DNA of 64,000 nucleotides from Eledone cirrhosa (lineage: Eukaryota): NCBI GenBank assembly GCA_964016885.1, contig OZ024760.1, positions 31,124,001-31,188,000 of the forward strand, given 5' to 3'. The translations under genes were made by a program, and so were the position numbers. Below, piece after piece: positions 52,712 through 64,000 of the stretch (its first letter is position 1; each line of letters begins with the position of its first letter). The notes under the pieces were generated by a model, which made no database searches, had not been told where the DNA came from, and saw only the letters and a program-made list of their open reading frames with translations.

Positions 52712-53360
52712 AGTACTGGTAGTAGTAGTAGTAGTGGTGGTGTAGTAGTGGTGGTAGTACTGGTGGTAGTTGTGGTGGTGGTGGTAGTACTGGTGGTGGT
52801 GGTAGTGGTGGTAGTAGTGGTGGTAGTGTAGTTGTGGTGGTTGTAGATGAAGTGGTCGTGGTGGTACTGGTGGTAGTGGTGGTAGTAGTGGTACTGGTGG
52901 TGGTGGTGGTGGTGGTAGTGTAGTTGTGGTGGTGGTGGTAGTAGTAGTAGTGGTGATAGTAGTAGTGGTGGTGTAGTAGTGGTGGTAGTACTGGTGGTAG
53001 TGGTGGTGTAGTTGTGGTGGTGGTGGTAGTACTGGTGGTGGTGGTAGTGGTGGTAGTAGTGGTGGTAGTGTAGTTGTGGTGGTTGTAGATGAAGTGGTCG
53101 TGGTGGTAGTGGTGGTAGTAGTGGTACTGGTGGTGGTGGTGGTGGTGGTAGTGTAGTTGTGGTGGTGGTGGTGGTGGTAGTAGTAGTAGTGGTGATAGTA
53201 GTAGTGGTGGTAGTAGTAGAGGTGGTAGTGTGTCGTTGTCTGGCCGTAAACCGATTCTCTACACTACACGAGAAGCTAGCGACATCACTGAGTGTTAAAT
53301 TGTGATGGCGGCGGCGTGGGCGGTGGTGGTGACAGTAGTAGTAGTAGTAGTAGTAGCAGC

Positions 53361-53391
<31 letters not shown>

Positions 53392-53434
53392 ATAGTAGCA
53401 ACAGCAGCAGCAGTAGTAGTAGCGGCGGCGGTGT

Positions 53435-53470
<36 letters not shown>

Positions 53471-53641
53471 CAGCAGTATTGGTAGTAGGAGTAGCAGTAG
53501 TAACAGTAGCAGCAGCAGTAGTAGTAGTAGTATTGGTAGCAGTGGTAGTAGTAGTAGTAGCAGCAGTAGTAGTAGTAGTACCAGCAGCAGTGGTGGTGGT
53601 GGTGGTAGTAGTAGCACTAGCAGTAGTAGTAGTAGTAGTAA

Positions 53642-53677
<36 letters not shown>

Positions 53678-54104
53678 CGGTGGTGGTGGTGGTGGTGGTA
53701 GTAGTAGCAGCAGCAGTAGTACTAGTAGTAGCAGTAGTAGTAGTAGCAGTAGTAGTAGTAGTAGTAGCAGCAGCAGCAGTAGTAGTAGTAGTAGCAGCAG
53801 CAGTAGCAGCAGTAGTAGTAGTAGTAGTAGCAGCAGTAATAGTAGTAGTAGTAGTAGCAGCAGCAGTAGCAGCAGTAGTAGTAGTAGTAGTAGTAGTAGT
53901 AGCAGCAGTAATAGTAGTAGTAGTAGTAGTAGCAGCAGCAGTAGCAGCAGTAGTAGTAGTAGTAGTAGTAGCAGCAGTAATAGTAGTAGTAGTAGTAGTA
54001 GCAGCAGCAGTAGCAGCAGCAGTAGTAGTAGTAGCAGCAGTAATAGTAGTAGTAGTAGTAGTAGTAGCAGCAGCAGTAGCAGCAGTAGTAGTAGTATTAG
54101 CAGC

Positions 54105-54147
<43 letters not shown>

Positions 54148-54418
54148 ATAGTAGCAGCAGCAGTAGTAGTAGTAGTAGTAGCAGCAGCAGTAGCAACAGT
54201 AGTAGTAGTAGCGGTGGTGGTGGTGGTGGTAGTAGTAGTAGTAGTAGCAGCAGCAGTAGTAGTAGTAGTAGTAGCAGCAGCAGTAGCAGCAGCAGCAGTA
54301 GTAGTAGTAGTAGTAGTAGTAGCAGCAGCAGTAGTAGCAGCAGTAGCAGTAGTAGTAGTAGTAGCAGCAGCAGTAGTAGCAGCAGTAGCAGTAGTAGTAG
54401 TAGTAGTAGCAGTAGTAG
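52712..54418. repeat. (GTG/GTA)n and (AGT/AGC)n trinucleotide tracts
   Basis: Direct inspection; source of the poly-S/V/L/T ORFs. Confidence 0.92.
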
Positions 54419-54519
54419 GTGGTTGGCGATAGTGAAAGTAGAGAGAGCTTTGACCGAGTCTTAATTTCTTTTGAAGCCACCGAAACAACATAATTGGTAT
54501 TAGCCAGTGTTAGTAGAGT

Positions 54520-54742
54520 TGTTAGCTGAGAACAATGGCTGTAAAATCAGTGGAGCGCCGGACAACATGATTTCTGCTATATTGTTACGTCCCTTTATAT
54601 TCTGAGTTCAATTCCCGTCGGGGGTGAGCTTTGCCTTTCATCTTTACGGGTTACGATAAAATAAAGTACCAGTGAGATGCTGGATCGATTTAATTGTCTT
54701 TCTCATCTTACATACCCACAAATTGCTGGCCTTGTGCCTGAA
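54520..54742 (+). mobile_element. Nin-domain SINE
   Basis: TTCTGAGTTCAATTCCCGTCG...GCCTTTCATCTTTACGGG..CGATAAAATAAAGTACCAG...GCTGGCCTTGTGCC. Confidence 0.7.
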
Positions 54743-54744
54743 AT

Positions 54745-55340
54745 TACTACTACTACTACCAATACTGCTACTACTACTACTACTACTACTACCAATACTG
54801 CTGCTACTACTACTATCACCACTGCTGCCACTACTACTACTAGTACTACCACCACAGCTGCTAGTACTACTGCAGCTACTACTACTACCACCACTGCTGC
54901 CACTACTACTACTACTACTACCACCACAGCTGTTACTACTACTGCAGCTACTGCTACTACTACTACCACTGCTGCCACTACTACTACTACTACTACCACC
55001 ACTGCTGCTACTACTACTGCAGCTACTACTATTGCTACTACTACAACTGCTGCTACTACTACTGCTGCTACTACTACTACCACCACTGCTGCTACTACTA
55101 CTGCAGTTACTACTACTGCTACTACTACCACAACAGCTGCTACTACTACTGCAGCTACTGCTACTACTACAACTACTACCATCACTGCTGCTACTACTAC
55201 TGCAGCTACTATTACTACCACCAATACTACTACTACTGCAGCTACTATTACTACCACCAATACTACTACTACTACTACTACTACTACTGTTACTACTATT
55301 AAAACCACCACTACTACTACTACCACTGCTACCACTACTG
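54745..55340. repeat. (ACT/GCT)n trinucleotide tract
   Basis: Direct inspection. Confidence 0.92.
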
Positions 55341-55621
55341 TTTGATTCCATTCATACGAATGGAACAGTTCTCGTCTTGTGTGTATAAAATATACATTCG
55401 TCTACACACCCAAGCATATATATATATATACACACAGGGAGTGCTCGATATGTGTATATATACACCATTTCTGTCCCTTCCGTCTAATCAAGCTAGAGTC
55501 AGCTCTGTCTTCTACCAAACACATCACTGTTAATCTCGAAAGATATGACGAAGGCAACGACTATATTTAGACGAATGGGTGTATGTGTGTACGTATGTAT
55601 GTATGTATATATGTATGTATG

Positions 55622-57495
55622 TTCTTCTGATTTTATAATTTCACAAAGTTTTACCAATAGAGAGAGGGTCGGTTTCTAACATAGACACAAGACTCTCTCA
55701 TTGGAATTTACACATCAACTAGGTAGATATGTATGTATGCATGCATGTGTAGGTATGGATGTTATTGTATGTGTGGATGTGGATGTTTTGAGTTGTATGT
55801 GTGCATGTGTATATGCTTTGTATCTGTACATGTGTAAATGCAGTTATTAGATGCAAAATATTTGGAATGTTTTACATATTTTTACTGTTCCATTAATGGA
55901 TTGTACTTGTAATTTCCTAACTAGTTGTGTTCTTTCTGTTCTTGTGAAGCCCAGCTTCTCAAGATTTGTATTGAGGCAGTTACTAACATATCCCAGTGCC
56001 CCAATAATTACAGGCATAAATCTGAAGGTGTAATCAGGGTGGAGTATCTGCAGATTTCTCATCAGTTCTGCATAAATATTCTCCTTTTCACTAATCTTTG
56101 ATATTATACTGCCATCTGCTGGGCAGCTAATTTCCACTACTGCGCATGTTTTCTTCTCCGTCCCATATCATAATATCTGGTCTGTTATGCCTGCATTTTA
56201 TTGGGGTTTTTACTGGAACATTCCACCAGTACTCTTTCATATTATGTGGATGTCTTCCACATTGTTGTAGCTTTTAATGTGTTTATTATCGGGGCTATCA
56301 TTTTTACGAACTGCATTGTACAGTGTTTTGGCCACTACATCTTGCCTCATAGGTAGATAGTACCGCGATGACATCTTTGGACAGCTGCTTATGACATGGG
56401 TGATATCCTCGATGTTAGTTCTGCAGAGTCTGCACTTGTTATCACATCTAGGTGTTTTGCCTGCATCCCTATCTTTTTTGTGAACCAGGTATTTCGTGCT
56501 AATCTCCTGTTCCTGGATTGTAAAAGCGTATCCTTCAAAGTGGGAACCAATATAGCGGTTGTTGGTCCAAGATAGACTACTTTCCTTATCTATATTACTC
56601 TCACTCTGGAGCTTCCTGGCAACATATCCATGCATGATTTTTTGCTGATAGGCATGCAGTTTTTCATCCATGGATTCACTGCGATATTGCTGAACGACAT
56701 CCCTGGGTGTGAGTTTTTGATTATCACACAGGGAATATCTCTCGGGGAGTTCCTTCCCAACTCTCATGATCTTATCTGTTTCATTCAGATAGACTTGCTC
56801 GAGAAACGGGCTCCTACGCTTCGAGGTTCGTATATGTTGTCGGAGAGATATGATGCGACATTCAAATGTTGTCTGGACTGATGTTAGGCCTCTGCCTCCC
56901 TGCTTACGTTTCAAGTAAAATTGTCACTGTTGATGTGGAAGTTTCCGGTGCTGTTTAGTATTTTTCGAGTTCCAACATCAACTGCTCGGATTTCATCTAT
57001 CGTCCAATTGAGTATTCCAAATGTTGGTGTTAGGACAGGCACAGCAAACACATTGTGAGCCACTGTTTTATTTTGCGCAGAGAGTTCCGATGACCAGATC
57101 TTTCTTAATCGGGTGTAGTATTCCCTGGTTACGCGTTCTTTATTACAGATACCATTATAGGATATGTTCTCATCTATCCCCAGGTATCTGTAGCAGTCCT
57201 CATCAGATATCGGTGAAACAGTTAGGCCATTGATGACAATGTTGCTAGATTGGGTTGTTGTTTTTCCCCGCTTTACAGTCATATATGAGCATTTATCTTG
57301 GCCAAACTCCATTCCTATATCCTTTGAGAACGTTATAACCAGGTCAAGATTTTTCTTCATCCCATACATGTTCTTGGCATAGAGTTTCAGATCGTCCACA
57401 AAGAAATTATGGGTTAGGTTCGTATTTCTATCATGTGAGCCAATGATGTATCCCTCACATTTCTTGAGCAGAAAGGACAAGGGGTTTAATGACAA
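55622..57495 (-). mobile_element. 5'-truncated R4/Dong-like LINE, same family as 37065-41166 and less decayed
   Basis: FFVDDLKLY, QGGRGL, CRLCRTNIEDITHVISSC, PDIMIWD and EISCP motifs; shared 3' UTR. Confidence 0.9.
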
Positions 57496-57610
57496 TATGT
57501 ATGTGTGTGTATTTATGTGTGTATGTATGTATGTCTGTGTGTCACTATGTATGTCTGTGTGTGAGTATGTCTGTGTATGTAGTATGTATGTATGTATATA
57601 TGTATGTATG

Positions 57611-57845
57611 TTCTTCTGATTTTATAATTTCACAAAGTTTTACCAATAGAGAGAGAGTCGGTTTCTAACATAGACACAAGACTCTCTCATTGGAATTTAC
57701 ACATCAACTAGGTAGATATGTATGTATGCATGCATGTGTAGATATGGATGTTATTGTATGTGTGGATGTGGATGTGTGCATGTATATATGCTTTGCATCT
57801 GTACATGTGTATATGCAGTTATTAGATGCACATTTTTGGGAATGT
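57611..57845 (-). mobile_element. 3'-UTR-only copy of the same R4/Dong-like LINE
   Basis: Near-identical to 55622-55860; flanked by (TATG)n. Confidence 0.85.
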
Positions 57846-58883
57846 ATGTATGTATGTATGTGTATATATATATATATATATATATTATCGAGCATGCTAC
57901 ATATGAGAGAGAGAGTGTGTGTGTGTACATGTATGTGTATATCTATGTCTATGTGTATGAATGTGTGCGTGTATATATATATGTGTATGTATATGAATGT
58001 GTGTGTGTATGAATGTGTGTGTGTGTATATTTATGTGTATGTGTATGAATATGTGTGGATATATATATATGTGTGTGTGTGTATTTATGTGTATGTGTAT
58101 GAATGTGTATATACGCACTGGCATAGGGCCTTTTGTGAAAGTTAGTGCGTAAAGGCGTGTGTGTGTGTGAATATACGAAGGTCAGCTGAAAAGTTCAAAG
58201 GCTGACCAAGATACTCTCATGGAATGAGCAAATGAGGTTTATTATTCAACATAGAAGAGCTGGAGTAAATGCAAGATTTCACAGCTCTAGCATCACTCCT
58301 TTCTAGTCAGCCGCCCTTTATGTGTAAGGAGGGTTTGTGAAGTGTGTGTTTATGTGTGGGTGTAGAATTGTATATGTGTATGTGCACACATGTGTGTGAA
58401 CGTTCGTTCACGTATGTATGTGTACACACCCTAATCATCATCATCACCATCACCAATTTCACGTCCGTTTTTCCAGGCTTGCATGGGTCGGGCGGATTGG
58501 ACCATGTCATGTATATGTGGTTAGAATGTACGAGAAAGGAACCGTTGGACAGATTTTACGGTCAAAACCAACCAGCAGGAGACCCGAGGACAGACTCTGA
58601 GGAAGATGGTTGGATCACATCCATGAGCCTGGCTGGTCTCGCTTTGGGATCCAACTGGATTAGTTAGAGACGGCTACTTCTATCGGGACACGTTGGAAGG
58701 AATGTTTGAGGACTGTCGCCCTCGATCCTCCTCTCAGGAATAAGTGGGCAAAAACAGAAGTATTTTTTCTAGGTTGTTTCCGTTGATTAAAAAAAAAAAA
58801 CCCAGAATTATTGAGACTCCAAAACATCGTATTTATTTTAGAACGTATGGGATTTCTAGTAATTTTTTTTTTTTCTGTCACAT

Positions 58884-59060
58884 AATTGTTTCTACTTTAG
58901 ACACAAGGCCAGCAATTACACAGTGCATTACTGGTACTTTATTTTATCGACCCCGTAAGGATGAAAGGCAAAGTTAACCTCGACGGGATTTGAACTCAGA
59001 CCGTAAAGGGACATAACTATGCTGGAAAGCATGGCGTCCGACCCTCTACTGATACTGCCA
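58884..59060 (-). mobile_element. Nin-domain SINE
   Basis: Reverse complement of the 32401 family (CTGGTACTTTATTTTATCGACCCCGTAAGGATGAAAGGC). Confidence 0.75.
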
Positions 59061-59476
59061 TCACATAATGTTTTATAAATATCTCAAGAAAATTATGACA
59101 GGAATGCTACCACTTAAAATGAAATTTCGCCGGATATAGATTAGCAAAATCTAATAAGGTGGGGTTTAAGGGTTGGAAAAAATCATGAAAATTAATAAGC
59201 CGGGGTAGGGGGCGATTATTTACGACCCGAGAATCCCTTTTAAATATATGTCTACCTTTAGAAATGGCTAGTTGAATAAGGGGAGATAACTATACTGTTC
59301 TTTTGTCGAGTAATAAACTTTGATATTTCAGAGTCACCTTTATTTGTGTCACACCTTCATTTAAATACGGAAGTCTGCAGCGATATTTACCTTAATTTTA
59401 TTTATTATTTATTACTGTCTACTGATTAATTATTTTTATTTTTTTTTAATTATTTCTATCTTTACTAATATTTTCC

Positions 59477-60110
59477 ATGGATAAAGAAGAAAAAGATGAA
59501 GACTTTGAAATAATTCGTTGTTTCCAACACTGTTCGAATGAAACGAATATATTTTACAGTTGTCAATTACCAACGATCTGTCCGCTCTGTGGTGACGATG
59601 TTATCAACAGCGATAGTCTCCTACCCCCCTACCGTATATCTTCACCCTTTACAACTGCTGGTCACCATCCGTTCGCAGTTGTCATCAAACCCACGCTTGG
59701 TACTTTCCTCCTGTAAGACTTACTTTCCACTTTCCCCTATCATTTATATATTATTCTATTTCAAAAATTTAATTTTAAAGTTGTTTTATTTTTTTCATTT
59801 ATTTATTTATCTATTTATTAGTATGTGAAAGTACGTGGCTTAGATGTTAGAGAGTTAGACTTGCAATCGGGAGGTTGTAAGTTCCATTCTCCTTGAGCAG
59901 GACACTTTATTCCATGTTACTCAGCTGTAGAAATGGGTTGTGTCGTCGGAGGGGACGTTTCTAGGTGCAAAACCCATGGTCTTTTGTGACCGAAGAGAGG
60001 AAGTTCGGTACTCATAGCACCTTTTAAAAAAAAGGGTGAGTAACGAGTCCCCCTCGTTGTCACCCCTCATTTCAGTCATGTATATATATATATATACACA
60101 AACCCAGACT

Positions 60111-60169
<59 letters not shown>

Positions 60170-60207
60170 GTGTGTGTGTGTGTATATATATAGAGAGATA
60201 CATATAT

Positions 60208-60247
<40 letters not shown>

Positions 60248-60587
60248 CAAAATATTAATAAATGAATACGTTCACATAATCAAAATATATGTTTTATTAT
60301 ATATATTTCGGAGGTACATACTGCCAAGACTGGAATTGAACCATCAGCACAGTTGAGGTATGTCATGCATCAATTCATATATTTTATCTGATGATGACGG
60401 ACTGAAAAAACAGCACAGTACCTCCGAAATATATATAATAAAACATATATTTTGATTATGTGAACGTATTCATTTATTAATATTTTGAATAATATTACTA
60501 ACTCCAGAAAACATCTTTGTAGAGTGCTTTTAATCTATTGTAAAACTATATTCATTGAGTAATCAATGAATCATATTAATCTTTGGT

Positions 60588-60619
<32 letters not shown>

Positions 60620-62011
60620 CTTATATATATGTTTTTTTTAATATCTATTTATATTTCCTGTCTTTATCACCCCCAGGGATTACCAGAATTCCGCCAACCT
60701 TCACATCGGTCTAACTAACTCGCAAGGTAACCACAACACAATTCTAACTGTTTTTATTTCCTTATATATTATAATGTGAATAAATATTGTAATAACAATG
60801 GAGATGATGGTGATGATGAAATATGGTCACAAAAGTGTTAAAGTGCCAATATCCAATATTGAACCTGTGTTCTCACACGGCAAGGAATGAATGTCTCTGA
60901 TTCCTAGTCTCCCAGTTTCTCTATTCTGTTGTCTCTCACAGGTGTTGTGTATGAATATGACGAAAATGGTGTTGGAATTGGGTCACTCATCTGGACACAG
61001 TGTATTGCTGTTTCTTTCAGAGATCTCTTGCTGACCAGATCTCTGTCCAAATGGGATAATCAGCTTGACCACTATTCACACTTGTCTACCTGGACACCAC
61101 AAAGGTAATACCTTCACTACCTAATCAAGCAACTGGACATATCCAGGTGTGAAAAGATTAACAATCATTCTACGCAATCTTTTATTCTTGTGTGTATGTT
61201 TGTTTGTATGTGTTTGTGTGTGTATGTATGTGTCTTTTATTAGAAATATGTTAATGAAAGGGTTGATGACATAGGCAGTGTCTTTCATTAGAAATATGGT
61301 AATGGAAGGGTTAATGACATAGACAGTGTCTTTCATTAGAAATATGGTAATGGAAGAGTTAATTAGACATTCTCTTTCATTAGAAATATAGTAATGAAAG
61401 GGTCTTAATGACATAAGAAGTGTCTTTCATTAGAAATATGGTAATGAAAGGGTTAATGACATAGACAGTGTCTTTCATTAGAAATATGGTAATGGAAGGG
61501 TTAATGACATAGACAGTGTCTTTCATTAGAAATATGGTAATGAAAGGGAAAATGACATAGACAGTGTCTTTCATTAGAAATATGGTAATGAAAGGGAAAA
61601 TGACATAGACTGTGTCTTTTATAAAAAAATATGTTAATGAAAGGGTTAATGACATAGACAGTGTCTTTTATTAGAAATATGGTAATGGAAGGGTTAATGA
61701 CATAGGCAGTGTCTTTCATTAGAAATATCTTTAACACTAGAGTTTAATCCTATTTCAAACACAATTAATTTGTATTTATATTTTTTTTCTTTTTGTTATA
61801 TATTTTAAGATATGACGAAGATAAGCAGAACTGCTTCAGTTTCGTGATGGAATTCCTGCAACTGATTGGCATTTTGTCTGCCGAAACTTCAAAACAAAAT
61901 TTCCTCACACAGTTTATAATTAAACACACGACAAAGGCCAGCAAATACATCTACATACACCGACAGACTTTACAGAAAGGGTTTTTATGTCAACCAGCAC
62001 AAACTACCTGA
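59477..62011 (+). CDS. MKRN2OS: MKRN2 opposite strand protein homologue, 216 aa; exons 59477-59712, 60677-60726, 60942-61104, 61810-62011
   Basis: All introns are GT-AG with matching phases (2, 1, 2). The spliced product CFQHC...CPLC...SPF...[11 protein letters not shown]...[19 protein letters not shown]...W..C...[13 protein letters not shown]...A.KY matches the MKRN2OS family as recalled. Confidence 0.92.
59826..59940 (+). mobile_element. Degenerate tRNA-derived SINE head
   Basis: GTGGCTTAGATGTTAGAG...CCTTGAGCAGGACACTTTATT...ACTCAGCTGTAGAAATG, resembling 62439. Confidence 0.6.
60241..60494. repeat. ~77-bp inverted repeat with ~100-bp spacer in MKRN2OS intron 1
   Basis: TATTATTCAAAATATTAATAAATGAATACG...TTTCGGAGGTAC / GTACCTCCGAAA...CGTATTCATTTATTAATATTTTGAATAATA. 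Confidence 0.88.
61230..61728. repeat. ~48-bp minisatellite (~10 copies) in MKRN2OS intron 3
   Basis: GTGTCTTTCATTAGAAATATGGTAATG(A/G)AAGGGTTAATGACATAGACA units. Confidence 0.92.
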
Positions 62012-62134
62012 ACTAAATTCATTGCTGTCTTTTATATTCTCCTTTTTTTCTTCAGTTTATGTATATATATATATATATATACACACACATATGATGATGA
62101 TGTATATATATATATATATGTGTGTGTATATATG

Positions 62135-62233
62135 TTAGAAAGAGTCAGGGCCCAATGGCCGAGCTCTTGCCAGACTCTGGAATTAGCTGTCAAAATGGCA
62201 AGAGCTCAGGCGTTGGGCCCTGACTCTTTCTAA
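62135..62233. repeat. ~100-nt hairpin element downstream of the MKRN2OS stop
   Basis: TTAGAAAGAGTCAGGGCCCAA / TTGGGCCCTGACTCTTTCTAA and GAGCTCTTGCCA / TGGCAAGAGCTC. Confidence 0.85.
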
Positions 62234-62251
62234 TAAATATATATATATATA

Positions 62252-62425
<174 letters not shown>

Positions 62426-62438
62426 CACACACATATAT

Positions 62439-62796
62439 GGAGGCACATGGCTTAGTGGTTAGAGCATTGGCCTTGCAATTGAAAGGTTGTGAGTTCAATT
62501 CTCAGACCGGGTGATGTATTGTTTCCTTGAGCAAGACACTTTATTTCACATTGCTCCAGTTTACTCAGCTGTAGAAATGAGATGATAGGGACTGGGGTCC
62601 CTATCATTCCACTGTAAAGTGGTCTTGGAGGTTCCACGGCAAAAAAACACCCAGCACTCACTGTAAATGAGCTTGGTGTTAGGAAGGGCATCCGACTGTA
62701 GAAATCAAGCCAGACACTGCTCACAACAGGACAACCCGTCTAACCCATGCTAGCATGGAAGAAAGGACGTAAAACGGTGATGATGATGATGATGAT
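62439..62796 (+). mobile_element. Full-length tRNA-derived SINE with RTE-derived 3' tail
   Basis: A and B boxes, CCTTGAGCAAGACACTT core, then sequence matching the RTE 3' UTR at 20200-20460 and (GAT)n. Confidence 0.88.
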
Positions 62797-62822
62797 ATAT
62801 GGACGTTAAATGATGATGATGA

Positions 62823-62858
<36 letters not shown>

Positions 62859-63405
62859 AATGAAAGGTATAGAAAGTATTGTAGCAAGTATTCCATAATA
62901 TATATAAGTGACTATAGGTATAGAAAGTATTGTAGCAACAGTATTCCATAATATATATAAGTGACTATAGCGTCAAAATGGGAAAATAGTTAACGTAAGA
63001 TGTGGGGAAAATAATTCAAACTCAATTCAAAAAGAATCAGGATATAGATTCATCAAACAGAATTTAGTGAAATCCAGGGAAAAATCAATAGAGCCTTAAC
63101 TCATGATAAAATAAAGTTTAAAATACTCATCCTTCAATTTGGGACAACTACAAATGCTCTGTATAGTCTGGAAAAAGACTATTTCACGTAAACTTTCAGT
63201 GGAGATGGTCACAGTTGGAATACGATCATCAGCAGAGCTCAACACGATAGCCCAATTCTCACTGATTAATATGCCCAAAAGGGAATTTAAAAGCAGGCTA
63301 GTTTAACATCATGCGTGATTATGAAAATAAAACGCACATGTGGAAAAACAGGGCTGGTGACGTCAGAATGAGACGAATGTTTGTTTACATGAAACAACAG
63401 TCAAA

Positions 63406-63443
<38 letters not shown>

Positions 63444-63500
63444 TTTCGTTTCTGAATTTGTTTAGCAAGATTCTTTATCTGAAATCGTGTGTTGAAACCG

Positions 63501-63669
63501 ATATTGTTATACTTTGGGAGGGTCATGGTGCCAATAAGAAACACACGCACCAGTTGCTTTCACTTCAATTTATTATATATTTATAAATTTACAAATTTAC
63601 AAACTTATAAATTTCTGGTTGGTTGGTTGGTTCCACAACCAGATAGTTGTTTATATATAGTCATAGTCC
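63501..63669 (-). repeat. Dispersed repeat, homologue of 24818-25002
   Basis: Reverse-complement match. Confidence 0.8.
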
Positions 63670-63689
63670 TAGTTTGTTAGAGATGCCTA

Positions 63690-63772
63690 CTGGCAAGGCG
63701 GGTCTTCTCTGTTACTGAGTACCGCCAAAGGTCACGGTCCAGTGACATTGTCTTGGAGAGGTGTAAGTGTGT
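63690..63772 (-). mobile_element. Short RTE ORF-end fragment
   Basis: [24 protein letters not shown], same family as 28441. Confidence 0.7.
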
Positions 63773-63773
63773 G

Positions 63774-63804
<31 letters not shown>

Positions 63805-63806
63805 TA

Positions 63807-63997
<191 letters not shown>

Positions 63998-64000
63998 CAT

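Noticed and set aside
53285-55388. Poly-Ser/Leu/Thr/Val ORFs
   Set aside because: Trinucleotide repeats open in several frames on both strands, with no splice or domain support.
58173-58255. Mariner-like terminal sequence TACGAAGGTCAGCTGAAAAGTTC
   Set aside because: Only one end is visible, with no partner TIR or transposase.
63000-63400. Possible GIY-YIG/PLE remnant (EFKSR...H)
   Set aside because: Too short and degraded to support by eye.

Overview
Repeat-dense eukaryotic (animal) genomic DNA. The SINE/LINE repertoire, long (AT)n tracts and gene content point to an octopod cephalopod (inference). Left third: a ~22-kb array of a 17-bp satellite hosting nested retroelements, namely a near-intact Ty3/Gypsy-type LTR element, a truncated sister copy, a head-to-head palindromic LTR pair, three copies of one solo LTR and a 5'-truncated RTE LINE. 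Middle: AT microsatellite with a ~2.5-kb tandem duplication, decayed RTE and R4/Dong-like LINEs, SINEs, MITEs, a 200-N gap and Penelope-like inverted repeats carrying hammerhead ribozyme motifs. Two spliced host genes can be reconstructed: a minus-strand single-pass membrane protein (3 coding exons found, first exon not identified) and a complete 4-exon MKRN2OS homologue on the plus strand. Most notable observations: (1) the Gypsy primer-binding site is complementary to the first 12 nt (5' end) of tRNA-Phe rather than to a tRNA 3'-CCA end; (2) a fold-back LTR pair whose spacer is an 18-nt tRNA-Trp 3' end; (3) four hammerhead ribozyme motifs; (4) a -1 frameshift signal with a possible pseudoknot between gag and pol. 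All calls are by eye; no searches were run.
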